A stretch of DNA of 64,000 nucleotides from a virus (taxonomy: Duplodnaviria > Caudoviricetes): IMG/VR virus record IMGVR_UViG_3300037484_000435, positions 256,001 through 320,000 of that record, one strand, 5' to 3'. This document shows positions 1 through 11,800 of the stretch, piece by piece. Both the position numbers and the translations under genes were made by a program. The notes below the pieces were generated by a model. It had not been told where the DNA came from, did not search any database, and saw only the letters and a list, made by a program, of their open reading frames with translations. The stretch's first letter is position 1. Each line of letters starts with the position of its first letter.

Positions 1-3000
1 GAAAGGGGAGCCTCAATCTCTGGACACTGGGTGTGGTCTTCGTAAGCGAAGGCCTTGACAAAGTTAATCTAAATTGCGAATAACGTCCTCGTGGCAATAG
101 GTCCGTATTACTAATAGTATACCAACCTCCAGCGTTCAGCCCCCAAATAGAATCTGCAGACCTTGTTCGGTAATAATTTGTAAATGTTGTACCTGTAAAA
201 TTAACACATCTTTTATAGGTAGAAGACAAAAATCCGGGAACAGCACAAACAAATTTTGAATGGGCCCCGACACTCTGGCCCGCACTTACCATATGAATAG
301 TATCTTGGTCGGGATTCTCAATAGATTCAGAGCAAAGCACATAAGCTAGCTCTGAAGTGGGGTGGGGAAAAACATTTATTATCCCGCTTATATAATTGTC
401 AAAATCCACGGGGTTCGGGTCATTCAGGTCTAAAGAACGTTTAAGATTTACCCGCATAAGCCTCTCAGCGTCTAAATCAACTAACCATAGATTACCCAAA
501 GAATCACAAGCCCCTTGGTGCAAATCCACGAAGGAGCCACTTATAATGGTGCCCGCTTCTATCTGTCTTACATTATCCAAGGATGGCGTTTCGTTTGTGT
601 ATTCCTCTTTAAATAAATGTACGCCCGAAGCGGTAAACGCCCAAAACCCACTGAAATCTCTATTTGGTATCGACACAATATGCTTGTAATCCGATTCAAT
701 ATCTAGGTAATATAAATAACTATAGTATTCACAATTATCTAATGGGTCTTGGCTAGTCGTTAGTTCCCCCGCACCAAAAACTCTAATGGTATTAAAGCTA
801 CCAACATCTGTCTTATAAACCCTCCCGATAGACCCACCAAGATATATCCACCACCCATTATTAGCATAATCTTCAACAACATCATAGTAGTCAGTAGCCC
901 CCAACTTAACCCCGCGGTAAGTTATAATAGGGAACGCCATCATAACCTGCCCATTATTATAAAACCCCATATTTACCTGAGTACGCACATCTGCTGTGAG
1001 TTCCTGTGAAGTGCTGGTGCTAATAGCCGAAAAGAATACACCGTCAGAACTCTCCAGAGGAAAAGTCTTTGTATAGATAACTGACTTGGTGGGGCCCCAC
1101 TCAAAACCGGATACAGAGGTTCCCGTGTTCCATAGACTAGTATCATCTAATTTACAAACACATAGATTATACCACTGTAAAGGGTCTAGAGCTTCTTGAA
1201 CGGGGTCAATATCGCCACACGTAGTATATCCAGGTGCCATGAAAGATGCGGTTCCTCGGCTATTCACTGCCCCATAATAATTCAAGGGCTGACCCGCAAA
1301 AGTGTAATCCGCCATCCTCCAAATTTTATTTCCTACTTGTGGTGAATTGCACTCCACCCTACTAATTACGTAACCATTGGAATCCAATACAATCCTTTTA
1401 TGTTTATACATCAGTTTCTCATGAGTATTCTCTGTAGTTATGATTGAGAAAATAGCTTCCGCAGGTTGAGTATCCGCGGACTTCACCTCAATCTGAGGGT
1501 AAACGCCGCCAGTGGGATAAACATATAAACGCACTGGATTACGTTCCGTATCAAACACGGGAGAAAGCCAACTACCACTGTAGGAAGTATCTGGGAGTTG
1601 CAAATTTCTACGGTAAACCACAGAGCCACTCAAAGTACCCAACTCCCAAGGGTACTGTTCAGGAATTAAAAATCCTCCGGAATCCAGCCCCTCCCAATGG
1701 GCCTCTTCTTTATCGTATTGAGTGGAGTAATCAGTTGAAATAAATATATTTCTATCTACCTCATAATTCCCAGTATAAGATAAACTTAAACGTGGGAACG
1801 CTGAACCACTTCCAGTATTTTTAATGTCAAGAAACTGTGGATCCGTGTCGCTAAAAGTATAACGAAGTGTGGGCAAGGTTCCAGACATCGTAATTTCATC
1901 TGTTCCCCTAACCATAATAGATACCCCACTAACCGTAAGAGGAGAAGACCCAGAATTACCAAAAAACAATCTAATCCTATCTAAGCCTTTCTCTGGACTA
2001 AAAGTAACTTGATGGTGAGCTCCTGAAGATGTTACCCAGTTCCCTGGATACCAAGAATAGGTGGGATAAGAATAAATCTGGTCAGCCTCTATCAACTTTA
2101 ACTCACCAATACAAACATAGTAGTAACTGACAGCTTGATTATTTCTCGCAGTTATCCGTAATCGATAACGGGAATAGGCTTGGGCATTATTAAAATTGAA
2201 GATAGAACTCCACGCATTTTGTCCTGGATCACTAATACTGGTCCGTGTATCAAGGCTCGCCCAATAAGCATCATTATAGGCCACTGCTCTAGTATCATTA
2301 GTTCCCTGCAATACCCAATCACGAGGAGCACCTCTGAGAGAAGCATTACTGTCATTCCGAGTTAAAATCTGATACCTATTAATAACCTTACCCGTGCCAC
2401 TAAATGTAAACATTAGGCAGTGAGGGGCAGTACCCGACATCTGAGTATTTGCAGATTGCCAACTATCACCTGTTGTAGCATTAGTTTGTGTGAAAGCTTC
2501 ATAAGGCCAATATCCTGCGACTTCAGATGAAGCACTAGCTCTATAACCAGCAGGCTCATCATGATAAGTCATCTTTGGTGTAGCATATCCAGTATTGTTA
2601 TTGTATACCCCATCAGAGGATAACTGGTCACCAGCAAATTGGGCATAATCTATTTTCATTATACCTGAAGGAGTTGGACTAGTAGTAATCATAATTTCTG
2701 AGCATTGTATCTCAGATTGACTTTGGAATTCTAAACCCACGTAAGTTCCACTAGTTAAAGTTATTGGGAAAGATAATTTGGAACCTTGGGAGGGCAACTC
2801 TACTATAGTTGCGATGTGGGCCTTTATAAAATAATACCTGTCATCAAAAGAAAAACCAGATGCGTAGCCAGTTATATTGGTGGACTTCATATAACTTGTT
2901 CCAATGCTAGGCAGGTTAACTCTGCTAATGTTATTGGATCCAGAAAGCCCAGAAGCGAAGTAAAGAGATAAATAGTAGAGGGGATAGTCTGAGGGTACCC

Positions 3001-3328
3001 GCTTAGGAGTAAAGTAGAAGTACTGATAACCTGTGCTTCCCGAAACTGTAACAGTGGCCACATCTATTATACGCCAATTTATACGATCTGCAGTACCCGC
3101 TATCTTAACAACAAATGTGGCTGGTATATTACATCGTATGCTCACCCCAGCCAATACCGAATTTGGAGGAAGGGACACGTTAGTATCAATAATAGTAGTA
3201 TTGGAATCAGCCCCGTAATCATTTCCACCAGTCGGCCAAGATGTTGGTAAAGTATAATACCAAGACCCAGTTTGTTGTATTCCCGAAGTACATGTTGTAT
3301 AGAATAAATCATTAACTATGTTATACAT
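1..3328 (-). CDS. Tail appendage/baseplate adhesin-like protein, paralog 3 (partial, >=1,109 aa, runs off left edge; absent from supplied ORF track). Contains an F5/8 type C (discoidin)-like domain and the shared C-terminal scaffold
   Basis: ATG at 3328 lies 1 nt after the TAA of the upstream gene (GGGAGCAT-TAA-T-ATG). My manual translation found no in-frame stop down to the window edge. It starts MYNIVNDLFY, has a discoidin-like segment (PKMTY...APRDWVLQGTND...YSRYRLRIT, ~2090-2580), and carries SGSWLSPV, GNLWLVD and LPRGRYSQFRLTLSR...TPSVQRLRLP, matching the two upstream proteins. Confidence 0.9.
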   Translation of the reverse strand, partial: MYNIVNDLFYTTCTSGIQQTGSWYYTLPTSWPTGGNDYGADSNTTIIDTNVSLPPNSVLAGVSIRCNIPATFVVKIAGTADRINWRIIDVATVTVSGSTGYQYFYFTPKRVPSDYPLYYLSLYFASGLSGSNNISRVNLPSIGTSYMKSTNITGYASGFSFDDRYYFIKAHIATIVELPSQGSKLSFPITLTSGTYVGLEFQSQSEIQCSEIMITTSPTPSGIMKIDYAQFAGDQLSSDGVYNNNTGYATPKMTYHDEPAGYRASASSEVAGYWPYEAFTQTNATTGDSWQSANTQMSGTAPHCLMFTFSGTGKVINRYQILTRNDSNASLRGAPRDWVLQGTNDTRAVAYNDAYWASLDTRTSISDPGQNAWSSIFNFNNAQAYSRYRLRITARNNQAVSYYYVCIGELKLIEADQIYSYPTYSWYPGNWVTSSGAHHQVTFSPEKGLDRIRLFFGNSGSSPLTVSGVSIMVRGTDEITMSGTLPTLRYTFSDTDPQFLDIKNTGSGSAFPRLSLSYTGNYEVDRNIFISTDYSTQYDKEEAHWEGLDSGGFLIPEQYPWELGTLSGSVVYRRNLQLPDTSYSGSWLSPVFDTERNPVRLYVYPTGGVYPQIEVKSADTQPAEAIFSIITTENTHEKLMYKHKRIVLDSNGYVISRVECNSPQVGNKIWRMADYTFAGQPLNYYGAVNSRGTASFMAPGYTTCGDIDPVQEALDPLQWYNLCVCKLDDTSLWNTGTSVSGFEWGPTKSVIYTKTFPLESSDGVFFSAISTSTSQELTADVRTQVNMGFYNNGQVMMAFPIITYRGVKLGATDYYDVVEDYANNGWWIYLGGSIGRVYKTDVGSFNTIRVFGAGELTTSQDPLDNCEYYSYLYYLDIESDYKHIVSIPNRDFSGFWAFTASGVHLFKEEYTNETPSLDNVRQIEAGTIISGSFVDLHQGACDSLGNLWLVDLDAERLMRVNLKRSLDLNDPNPVDFDNYISGIINVFPHPTSELAYVLCSESIENPDQDTIHMVSAGQSVGAHSKFVCAVPGFLSSTYKRCVNFTGTTFTNYYRTRSADSIWGLNAGGWYTISNTDLLPRGRYSQFRLTLSRPSLTKTTPSVQRLRLPF

Positions 3329-3329
3329 A

Positions 3330-5885
3330 TTAATGCTCCCACCACGTTAACAAGTCCATGTTAAAATTACCAGTTTCTATATCATATCGTAGATGCGGAT
3401 TCACATAAAACTTATCACTACTCCCATAGGGAACGTTGTTAAGAACTAGCGGCAATGGTATCCTAACTTGATTTACCCGAGGAGAATCAATACTAGTTAA
3501 ATCTCGCCTAAATGTCAACCTAAACTGCTTATATTTTCCAGGGGGAATAGTAAGACTAGTGTTCACGTAAGGTTTCCACTCCAGCGTAACTCTATCGTCT
3601 GAACCAAAAATAGGGTCATTAACTCCAGGACTTATGTAAGAACCAGATAATTTGCCAGTGAACTGCGCCCCGCTCCAATCTGATAAAGGCAAGGAGGGGA
3701 CTTCTGTAACTACTTCTTCTGTCTGATAGGGGTCATCTACCCATACCCTTTTTATGACGGGCGTAAAGGAGTCCGAGTGAAACCCTATATAGACAAACGC
3801 CGACCCATCGGTCGGGTGGGGCCATACTCCCATGGCGTATGGTATGTGGTTCGTGTAATCTACAGACCGTGTGGCTAGGTTTATCCTATAGACTGTTGCT
3901 GTATCTCTGTCTACCACCCAGAGATTACCAACTTCATCAACATCCCCAGCCTGTAGGTATTGAAATAAAGTAGACTCAACCTTAAATTGAACATCTAATG
4001 TGGGAGTAGTAGGTGCTGTATTTTCTTTATAATAAAAAACACCATCATTTCTTATTGCCCACAAACACCCCGCTTCGGGGGATTCTCGTAAAGCATTATA
4101 CCCGCGTTTAACAGCGTAATCTGTCACTAAAAATCCATCGCCTGTATACTTTCCTATAGTATTTGTGCTGTAACCAACATGCATCCAAAAACCACCTTCA
4201 TCGTCATCTGCAGAACTGCAAGAACAGACAGCATAGCCCTCATCTGCAGGGGCTTGACCGACACCATATATACCCAAAAGCTTACTTTCAGAAGTCCAGC
4301 CATTACGCACATTTAGTAAATAAAGACACATATATTTTTCGGCCCCTGCATCACAGGGATACATAATCGCAGTAACCACAATCCACTCATTGGGATGTTT
4401 AGGTTTAGGGATAGTGGTTGACCCTATATATTCAAAATACACTGGGTCATTTGCCAACCCTATTCCGCCCATAAAAGCGTGTGACTTAAAAGGATAAATC
4501 TGCTTAAGGTAGTCCGTTCCCACATCTTTACCTTGGTCCCACAACGCGGTGTTATAGGGAGTTGTATAGGTTAATCTATTGTAAAGAGGGTTCACAGGTA
4601 CCTCAATAGTACAATATCCGAAGTCTTCCCCTAACAACCCAAAAAAAGTTGCGGCATTCCAATATTTATTTATAGCCCCAAAATTTTTGTAAGGAATGCC
4701 GGTCCAATAATCTCGGGCCCCCATTTGATTAATATCTGGAGATGCTTGAGCTATAATTGTGCCGTCTCCTTTCATATAAATCCTATCTGAACGCCCAAAA
4801 ATATAAGGGCAAGGAGCAACAACTGTTGCATAAGCACACCCTATTTCCGAGAGTTGTCGCATCCAATATTCGCTTGTAGGAGCATACCCCTCTTGTGTGG
4901 TCGATGTGACTTGGCGTTTGTCAGGAGCTGAGAAACTATCTACCCCAACACGACCCTCGTCATCTGCTAAGGTATGAAGTTTATAAGTCCATTGGTTTAT
5001 AAGAAAATTTGGCAGGGGAGTCTCGTCAGAGGCTCTGATTTCCAATACTTTATCTATGGATAACCAGTCCCTTTCCACACCTGACCTATCCCCTTCATTT
5101 TCAGAGTATACATACAAGGACATATAATTGGGGTCAGACACATAAATGACTGGAGATATCCAACTTCCAGAAGTAACAGTTCCTGAAAGAGTAAGAGACC
5201 TACCACTTACCATGGTATTAGCAAAAACACCTCCATCCCAAGGAACATGCTCGGGAAGATTGATTCCCCTATCTACATGATATTTATCGACGTCAGCCTT
5301 ACCACTGGCCGTTAATACAAAAACTCTATCACGATTATAGTCTCCGCTATAGATGGGCATCACTCTTATATCTTGCTCGGTTCCTTGAATTGAATTGTTA
5401 GTAACATCTATCTCAGCATTGCCGTAACTGGACGCGGCAATAGAAAATTCTTGGTAGTTGTAGTCTATAGGGTAATCTACAGTATTTAGAGACAGGGAAC
5501 TTATCCCCAATAAAGAATTCCCGTAGTTCCACAAACTGACTTGTAGTTTGGAAATTAGCTGTGCTTGGTCAGGGAGAACACTAGTAAAATTGGTACGAAA
5601 AACATCCCCATCTTGTGTAGCCTCCACAGAAAAGCACTCCCCATTACCGGGATCGATTAATAACGATACATCCAAGGATGCCCCAGATATAACAGTTCTC
5701 AATTCAAAATCAGTACAGTAGAACCCAGTACCTAGAGAAAATTGTAAGGTGGCGTTTCCCAAAATGGGTAAATAAACGCCGCTGGACAAAGTAATACCCG
5801 CCAAGGATTTCATTTCGGACCTAGTAAAAAGCCGACCCCCAGCCCCGTTTGTTATATTAGCATATCTAAGAATATTTACAGACAT
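3330..5885 (-). CDS. Tail appendage/baseplate protein, paralog 2 (~851 aa): mostly the shared C-terminal scaffold with a beta-propeller-like segment
   Basis: The track ORF is 3330..5906. The internal ATG at 5885 (MSVNILRY) is the more likely start because it follows GGGAG and lies 2 nt after the upstream TAA. Motifs: SGSWISPVI, GDVDEVGNLWVVD, IPPGKYKQFRLTFRR...SPRV, C-terminal DLLTWWEH. Confidence 0.85.
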   Translation of the reverse strand: MSVNILRYANITNGAGGRLFTRSEMKSLAGITLSSGVYLPILGNATLQFSLGTGFYCTDFELRTVISGASLDVSLLIDPGNGECFSVEATQDGDVFRTNFTSVLPDQAQLISKLQVSLWNYGNSLLGISSLSLNTVDYPIDYNYQEFSIAASSYGNAEIDVTNNSIQGTEQDIRVMPIYSGDYNRDRVFVLTASGKADVDKYHVDRGINLPEHVPWDGGVFANTMVSGRSLTLSGTVTSGSWISPVIYVSDPNYMSLYVYSENEGDRSGVERDWLSIDKVLEIRASDETPLPNFLINQWTYKLHTLADDEGRVGVDSFSAPDKRQVTSTTQEGYAPTSEYWMRQLSEIGCAYATVVAPCPYIFGRSDRIYMKGDGTIIAQASPDINQMGARDYWTGIPYKNFGAINKYWNAATFFGLLGEDFGYCTIEVPVNPLYNRLTYTTPYNTALWDQGKDVGTDYLKQIYPFKSHAFMGGIGLANDPVYFEYIGSTTIPKPKHPNEWIVVTAIMYPCDAGAEKYMCLYLLNVRNGWTSESKLLGIYGVGQAPADEGYAVCSCSSADDDEGGFWMHVGYSTNTIGKYTGDGFLVTDYAVKRGYNALRESPEAGCLWAIRNDGVFYYKENTAPTTPTLDVQFKVESTLFQYLQAGDVDEVGNLWVVDRDTATVYRINLATRSVDYTNHIPYAMGVWPHPTDGSAFVYIGFHSDSFTPVIKRVWVDDPYQTEEVVTEVPSLPLSDWSGAQFTGKLSGSYISPGVNDPIFGSDDRVTLEWKPYVNTSLTIPPGKYKQFRLTFRRDLTSIDSPRVNQVRIPLPLVLNNVPYGSSDKFYVNPHLRYDIETGNFNMDLLTWWEH

Positions 5886-5887
5886 CG

Positions 5888-8800
5888 TTACTCCCGCGGC
5901 CACCAAATCAATAAGTCTAAAGTGTAATCACCTGAAGCCAAATCTATATCTTCATCCTGTGAGAGGGTATCAATAAACAAATCTCGGTAACCATGCCAAG
6001 GAATTTTATTCAGCAACGCTGGTTTTGGGATTCTAATATACCTTACCCGCGGAGACGCAGAGGCCAAATCCCTCCTCCGTAAAGTTACCTTCAATTGTTT
6101 ATAATGACCCTTTGGTAAGGTGGGGCTCCCCGCACTATATCGCTCCCATTGAGTATCATCATTCCAGAAAACATCTTGTGGTAAAACAGTATAATAACCC
6201 TGTGGTGTAGTAGACCTACCATACAGATTAACATTGTAGGACTCAATTAAAGAAACTCCCGGTACTACACAAACCGTCTCAGGAACTATATAGTCATAAT
6301 CTCCCACATGAACTATTTTAACACAATCGTTTGTAGGAAATTCTGGGTCTCTAATAACATAAACATAAGCAGAACCATCATACGGATCGGGATAGACACT
6401 GCTGGCCCCATCAATAGCCCTACTATAGTCTACAGGTTGGTTACCTGCCTGCAGGTCTTCAAAGTTAATACGAATTACTCGTTCGGTCATTAAATCTACA
6501 AACCACAAGTTGTTATTATAATCTATATTACCAAAGGTAATTAGTTTAAATTCCTTGCCCAAAGAATCAGAAGATACTGAGTACCTTACAGACAGAGCCC
6601 CGCCCTCGTATTCTAACCAATAAACAGCTCGCTCAGCTAACCCCCAAAAACCACGTGGGGCGTCATGTGCCCCCTCCAACACGTAATTAAATTTTAACTC
6701 TATGTTGGTGAACTCCTTCTCCACCCGTTCATCAGTCACTAATAAAGTTCTATAGTAATTGTTATTATCATATTCGTGAGCATAATGTACCCAATAACTA
6801 AATGAGTCGCTGTGATTATCTAGACAAGACCCAAAGCGTACACCGTCAGTATATAAAGCATCAATTAGACCGGGAAAACTGTAGAGATAATCAATCTCAG
6901 TGTTGGACTCAGGCGTAGAAGCACTACCTTGAAACGAATAAAGGTTCCGTAAATGAAATAAAGTATCAGCATAATAGTACTCTTGGAATCTTTCATAGAA
7001 AGGTTGGGTTCGTAATATGGCGTCCACAAAATGAAACGCTCCCTTATTTACTCCGCCCTCAGCCCTTGTTGTGTAACGGAGGGCCTTATTAAAAATAGGA
7101 TACAGAAAAGCATTAGTACGTGGATATATATGTAGATTTTGGGAAGAAGCTGGGTCTGTTGAAGGAATAGCAACTCCTTGTGGCCAGACATAATATGCTC
7201 GATACCAATCTTCATTTCTATTAGACCCGTCTTCAGTAATATCAAAATTGCCACCGTATTCTTGCCCCAAGGATATCGCCCCACGTCGATTAGCGTCTAG
7301 GAAGCCATAAAATTGCCATAAAGGTAAACGAGACGAATAAGGCCACATGCGTCGGGGAGAGCTATTCGCGGCTGTTAAACTTCCACGTTCCAATCTAGCT
7401 GGGTCATACATACCCCTAGCGGGCCAAGATGAATCCGAACCATTAGAATCAAAAGCTACCATTTTCCATGGATATTGCAGACCATCAGTAGGGGAAGTAT
7501 CTACACCAGTCACTAGAAATGAGTGTATAGGTTTGGTATTGGACGATCGTACCTCTACTATATTCATACCAGATTGAAAGTCCTTGGTAATATAACTTTC
7601 ATCGTGAGCAATATTTTCGCAATAGACATAACATGCTGTACTAGAGGGGTCTAGTATTTCAATCACAGGGGAAATCCAGTGACCAGAGGTAGTATTAGAA
7701 TTAAGTTCAATGGCCCCATCGTAAGCCAAATTCGTCCCCTCAAACTCTCCTATACCAAAGGAATAATCCTCCGGAAGATTGGTCCCCACATCGACATGTG
7801 ACCAATTTACTTGGTCCTCAGATATCAAGACTACACGGTCCAGATGATAGTTATTAGAAAACCTAGGTAAAACTCTAGCATTGGCGTATGTCCCCGTGCG
7901 GTTATTATTATAAACCTTGATTTGTTCATACCTCGCGTAAATTGTAGGTAAATCTGCGACACCGATCCCGCTACCTGTAGCCCCAAAGGCAACATCCTCT
8001 CCAGTATTTATAAGCTGTATCGCTCTCAACCATCGAATCGAATTATAACCACCACTGGCTGATGCCGTATTCGAACAAAAGACTTTAGTTGCTGTAATAG
8101 TTTCGGTATCAAAAGGACTATAAAAATAACCAGCCCCGCTCCATGTTAAATTCCGCTGTGTCCAATCAACTGAACCAGATACTTGTGTATATAAACTCGC
8201 GTTAAGGTTCTGGTTACTATCCACGTACAATCTAAATTCTTTAGATTTAGCACTAAAACGATTAAGATTAGACTCAACACCTACATATCTATTTGGGAAC
8301 AACGGAATAGCCCCAGAGATGGACGTATTAAATAAGCGTTCGAGATGCGGAGTGGACAACTCTTGTTGAGCACCCTGTACATTAGTCCAAGCGTCACTCT
8401 GGTAGTCAAGTTCCAAAGACCTGAATTTGTAACCAGCACTATCCGTAAAGACAATTCTGTAATATCTGTAAAAATTAGGCTTTACTATATAGTAATAAGA
8501 AGTCCACGTAGCCTCAGCAGGCCTGACCGCGTTATCCACAGAATCCAGTAAATCCCAACCAACCAAGTCATTAGAACCTTCAACAACCCACGACTTACAC
8601 CAAGCAGAAGCGTCCGTCAAAACAAATGTGGGCTTAAGTCTGTATTTAAAGATACGGTGAGAAGTCGATTCTGGTCCAGTCTCAATCATGCACCATCTCG
8701 GAAAACTAAAGTTCTCCGGCATCCACCATGTCGAATCAGAGTAATCAAACATTCTCCACGGTTCATACGAGGCACCGTAATCAGCATTACTGTACACTTT

Positions 8801-11800
8801 GTAAGGTGAAGGAGTCGTATATGACGTCATAGGAACAGGCGGCATTCTAATAACACCACTCACGGTGGCATTAACAACATTTTTATTATCTGCAGATTCT
8901 AAATGATTAAAGACATCAGGAACGTTCCACCCCCCATCAAAATCTAGCGGAAAAATAGCCAACTCATTAACCCTTACTATTCCGCTACCCACAGGATTAT
9001 TGTTACCAACTCTAACCGCTATAGTAGCCAGCGGGTGTCCAGACCAGAAATATATTGAGTAATGGTCATCATTTAATTCTCGGTAAGGGAGTATGACTAA
9101 CCCAGACGTAGAAGTTGGAATAAAAGATGTTCCAGAGGCGGTTCCTGAAAGGTGTGTAACTTCTGGGGCCACACTAAGGACGTTAGGTGCGTCTAATCCT
9201 TTAGTAAAGTAAACTCTTAGTTCTCCATAGAATAGGCCTAGGTCATCCGGTATCTCTCGTATCTCATAATCAACAGCAGTATTCTCAGGAATAATTATCC
9301 CACCAGTCCTTACATGCTCATCATGTAATTCTGGAATTTGTACACCAGAAGACATGATGGGGGCTAAATGAGTTGGATATGTAAATGGTTCCGTATAATA
9401 AGGATGGTCAGGTAACTGAACATCCAACACTGCCAACTCAGATACGGGCACGCCGGAAGCCGAAGGATTTGCGAGATAAAGTCTAAACTTACTAGTTTCC
9501 ACCCTTCCATAAATAGTTTCGTAACCACTATCAATTCGGTATGGAATATCAATTTTCTTTGTAACACCACTCTGAGTAGCAACAGTATACCCGTAGCCAG
9601 AAGGAACTAAGGACCCTAACCACGACACATCGTTTCCCCCAGAACGTGTTATATGATGTAGATGATAACCGTAGAGAACAGGAGAATAAGGGTTCTGGCC
9701 TTTAAAGTATTGAATAAAACCTAACGTACCAGCATTTGCTGCTGCCCCCGCCCCGTGCCACTCTGATTCCTCTACCTGCTCTAACTCAACCGATGGGAAT
9801 CTATAACTACCTGCATCGATTATGGAACGGAGAGCAGAGAATTTTGTATTTTGTGGGGGAGTCATCCAAGATGTATCATAATATTCCCATTGCCCTGCAT
9901 TATCTCGTATGACGGGTCTCCAATAATCAGTATCAAAAACTTTATAAGTTATTCCTTGGTCAAAAGTAACCGCATGATATAATGCTGTCCCAGAAGGCTC
10001 AGAACTATCTACATCAATTCTTGCTATACGTCCTAAGTAATTATAGACCCAATCAGTACCAGATGATGTGGCCGAACAAGCCACACCAGAAGACAATGAT
10101 AATCTGTTAGTAAATTGTAATTCCCTTAATTGTACTTGGTTATCAAACTTAAACGCATAATATCTATAGTCGGAGTCTAGGTCAAATACTGACGTCCAAG
10201 TATAATCAGATGGGATAACACTAAAATTACCACTAATACTAGTCCAGTAAGGAATAGTGGTTGCCCCGTATACGGACCACCCCCAACCCGAAACAGTTTC
10301 TCCTGGAAAAAACCGGTAACCATCAAATTTACCCGATTCCCCCAAATCAACCACAACATCTGATAAAACAACCGAGTCTTCTGACAAGCCGTCCAAAACC
10401 TTATAAATATTTTTCTTTTTTGTGATGGTAACTTTTAGGTTAATTGCCTTCAGGGTATCGCCTTGAAAATACATGTATATGTCTCTCGGAATAGAATAAG
10501 GACCTGCGGGACCTTGCTGAGCCACTTGTGTTCCACTAGCTGCTGTAAACTTCGGAACAAAAAAATCCTGATGACTACTATCATAGCCCACCGAGAAGGT
10601 AGCCCTGTAACCAGCCTGTATAGCTAATTTACTATTACTCCAAACAGCCAAACTGCTGTATGTTGGATTCGAGCTTATAGGATAACCATAAAAATTAACA
10701 CTATCCCCGTAGTAAAGTGAAGAGCCTACGGAAGTATGGATGCTCTTCTGTAAAGGTGCATCCTGATAGGTACGCGAAACAGCAATCCTGAATCTCCAAT
10801 GTTTTTCTGGAACTACAAAAGTTTCTGGTAAGTCAAAATAATTTAAACCGTTACCTAAGTGAGTACCCGTTACCAACGTCTTGTAATAAGCTATAGGTAA
10901 ACCTGGTGTATTAAAACAATCCTCGTAAATTAAAAAAACGAGAGGCACCGCGGAAGTCGTATAAAAACCTATACGAGTGAGCTCCTTATTTTCACCCAAC
11001 ACGAGGGAACCATCCACATAAGTCTGCCCATTTACACCATCTACATCACCAGCGGATACATCGCCATCAAACTGATAAGCGTCTCTTGCTGGGTCTATAA
11101 TCTCGACGCCCACACTATCTATAATTGTACCAGGGGTTATTGTCATTAACTTATAAGGAAAATCGGTTTTCTCAGTAATGATAAATGTTAATTCCTCCAC
11201 ATCATTGTAATCAGTATGGACTGAATATGGTGCTGGGTCAGTATTAGAAGTCATCCCCAAAGAATCCAGTTTAAATGCCTGACCTCCAACCATATCATCA
11301 AATCCTTTATTAAAGGCTAGGGCCACCCCGCTAGATTGAGAGACCAGATTGTGGATCGATTGTATAGCTTGGCTACCGCGAACATCACTTACGATAGTTT
11401 GATATTCTGAGCTACTTTCCACTGTTGCTCCGCTTTGTGTGGTAAAAGATAACTCGTTCCCTAACAAGCTGCTGGGACAAGGTACAATTCTCCTCAGAAA
11501 AGACCCACCAGATAATGAGGTGGAATAGAGGGGTGCGGATAGACTAATACGATTACCACTTGCTGCAGTTAAAACAAAAACCCCTGAATAAGTTGCATCT
11601 GTGATATCTACTAAACCCCCGCTAGACAAAGTATCTGTTACTACAGGAATAGAAATTGAGTCATTAAATCTACCTGTGGTATAGGTCAATATATTTATAC
11701 CACTAGGGGTGTATTCTCCGCCAGTCAGCAAGTTGTAGGTTTCACCAGAATCTTGCAAATAACCGCTCGGGGATTCGGGTGACCAACTAACTTTCCCCGT

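Noticed and set aside
5886-5906. Track start (MVAAGVT) for the 858-aa ORF
   Set aside because: It overlaps the upstream gene's last codons. The ATG at 5885, with a GGGAG RBS just after the upstream stop, is more plausible.
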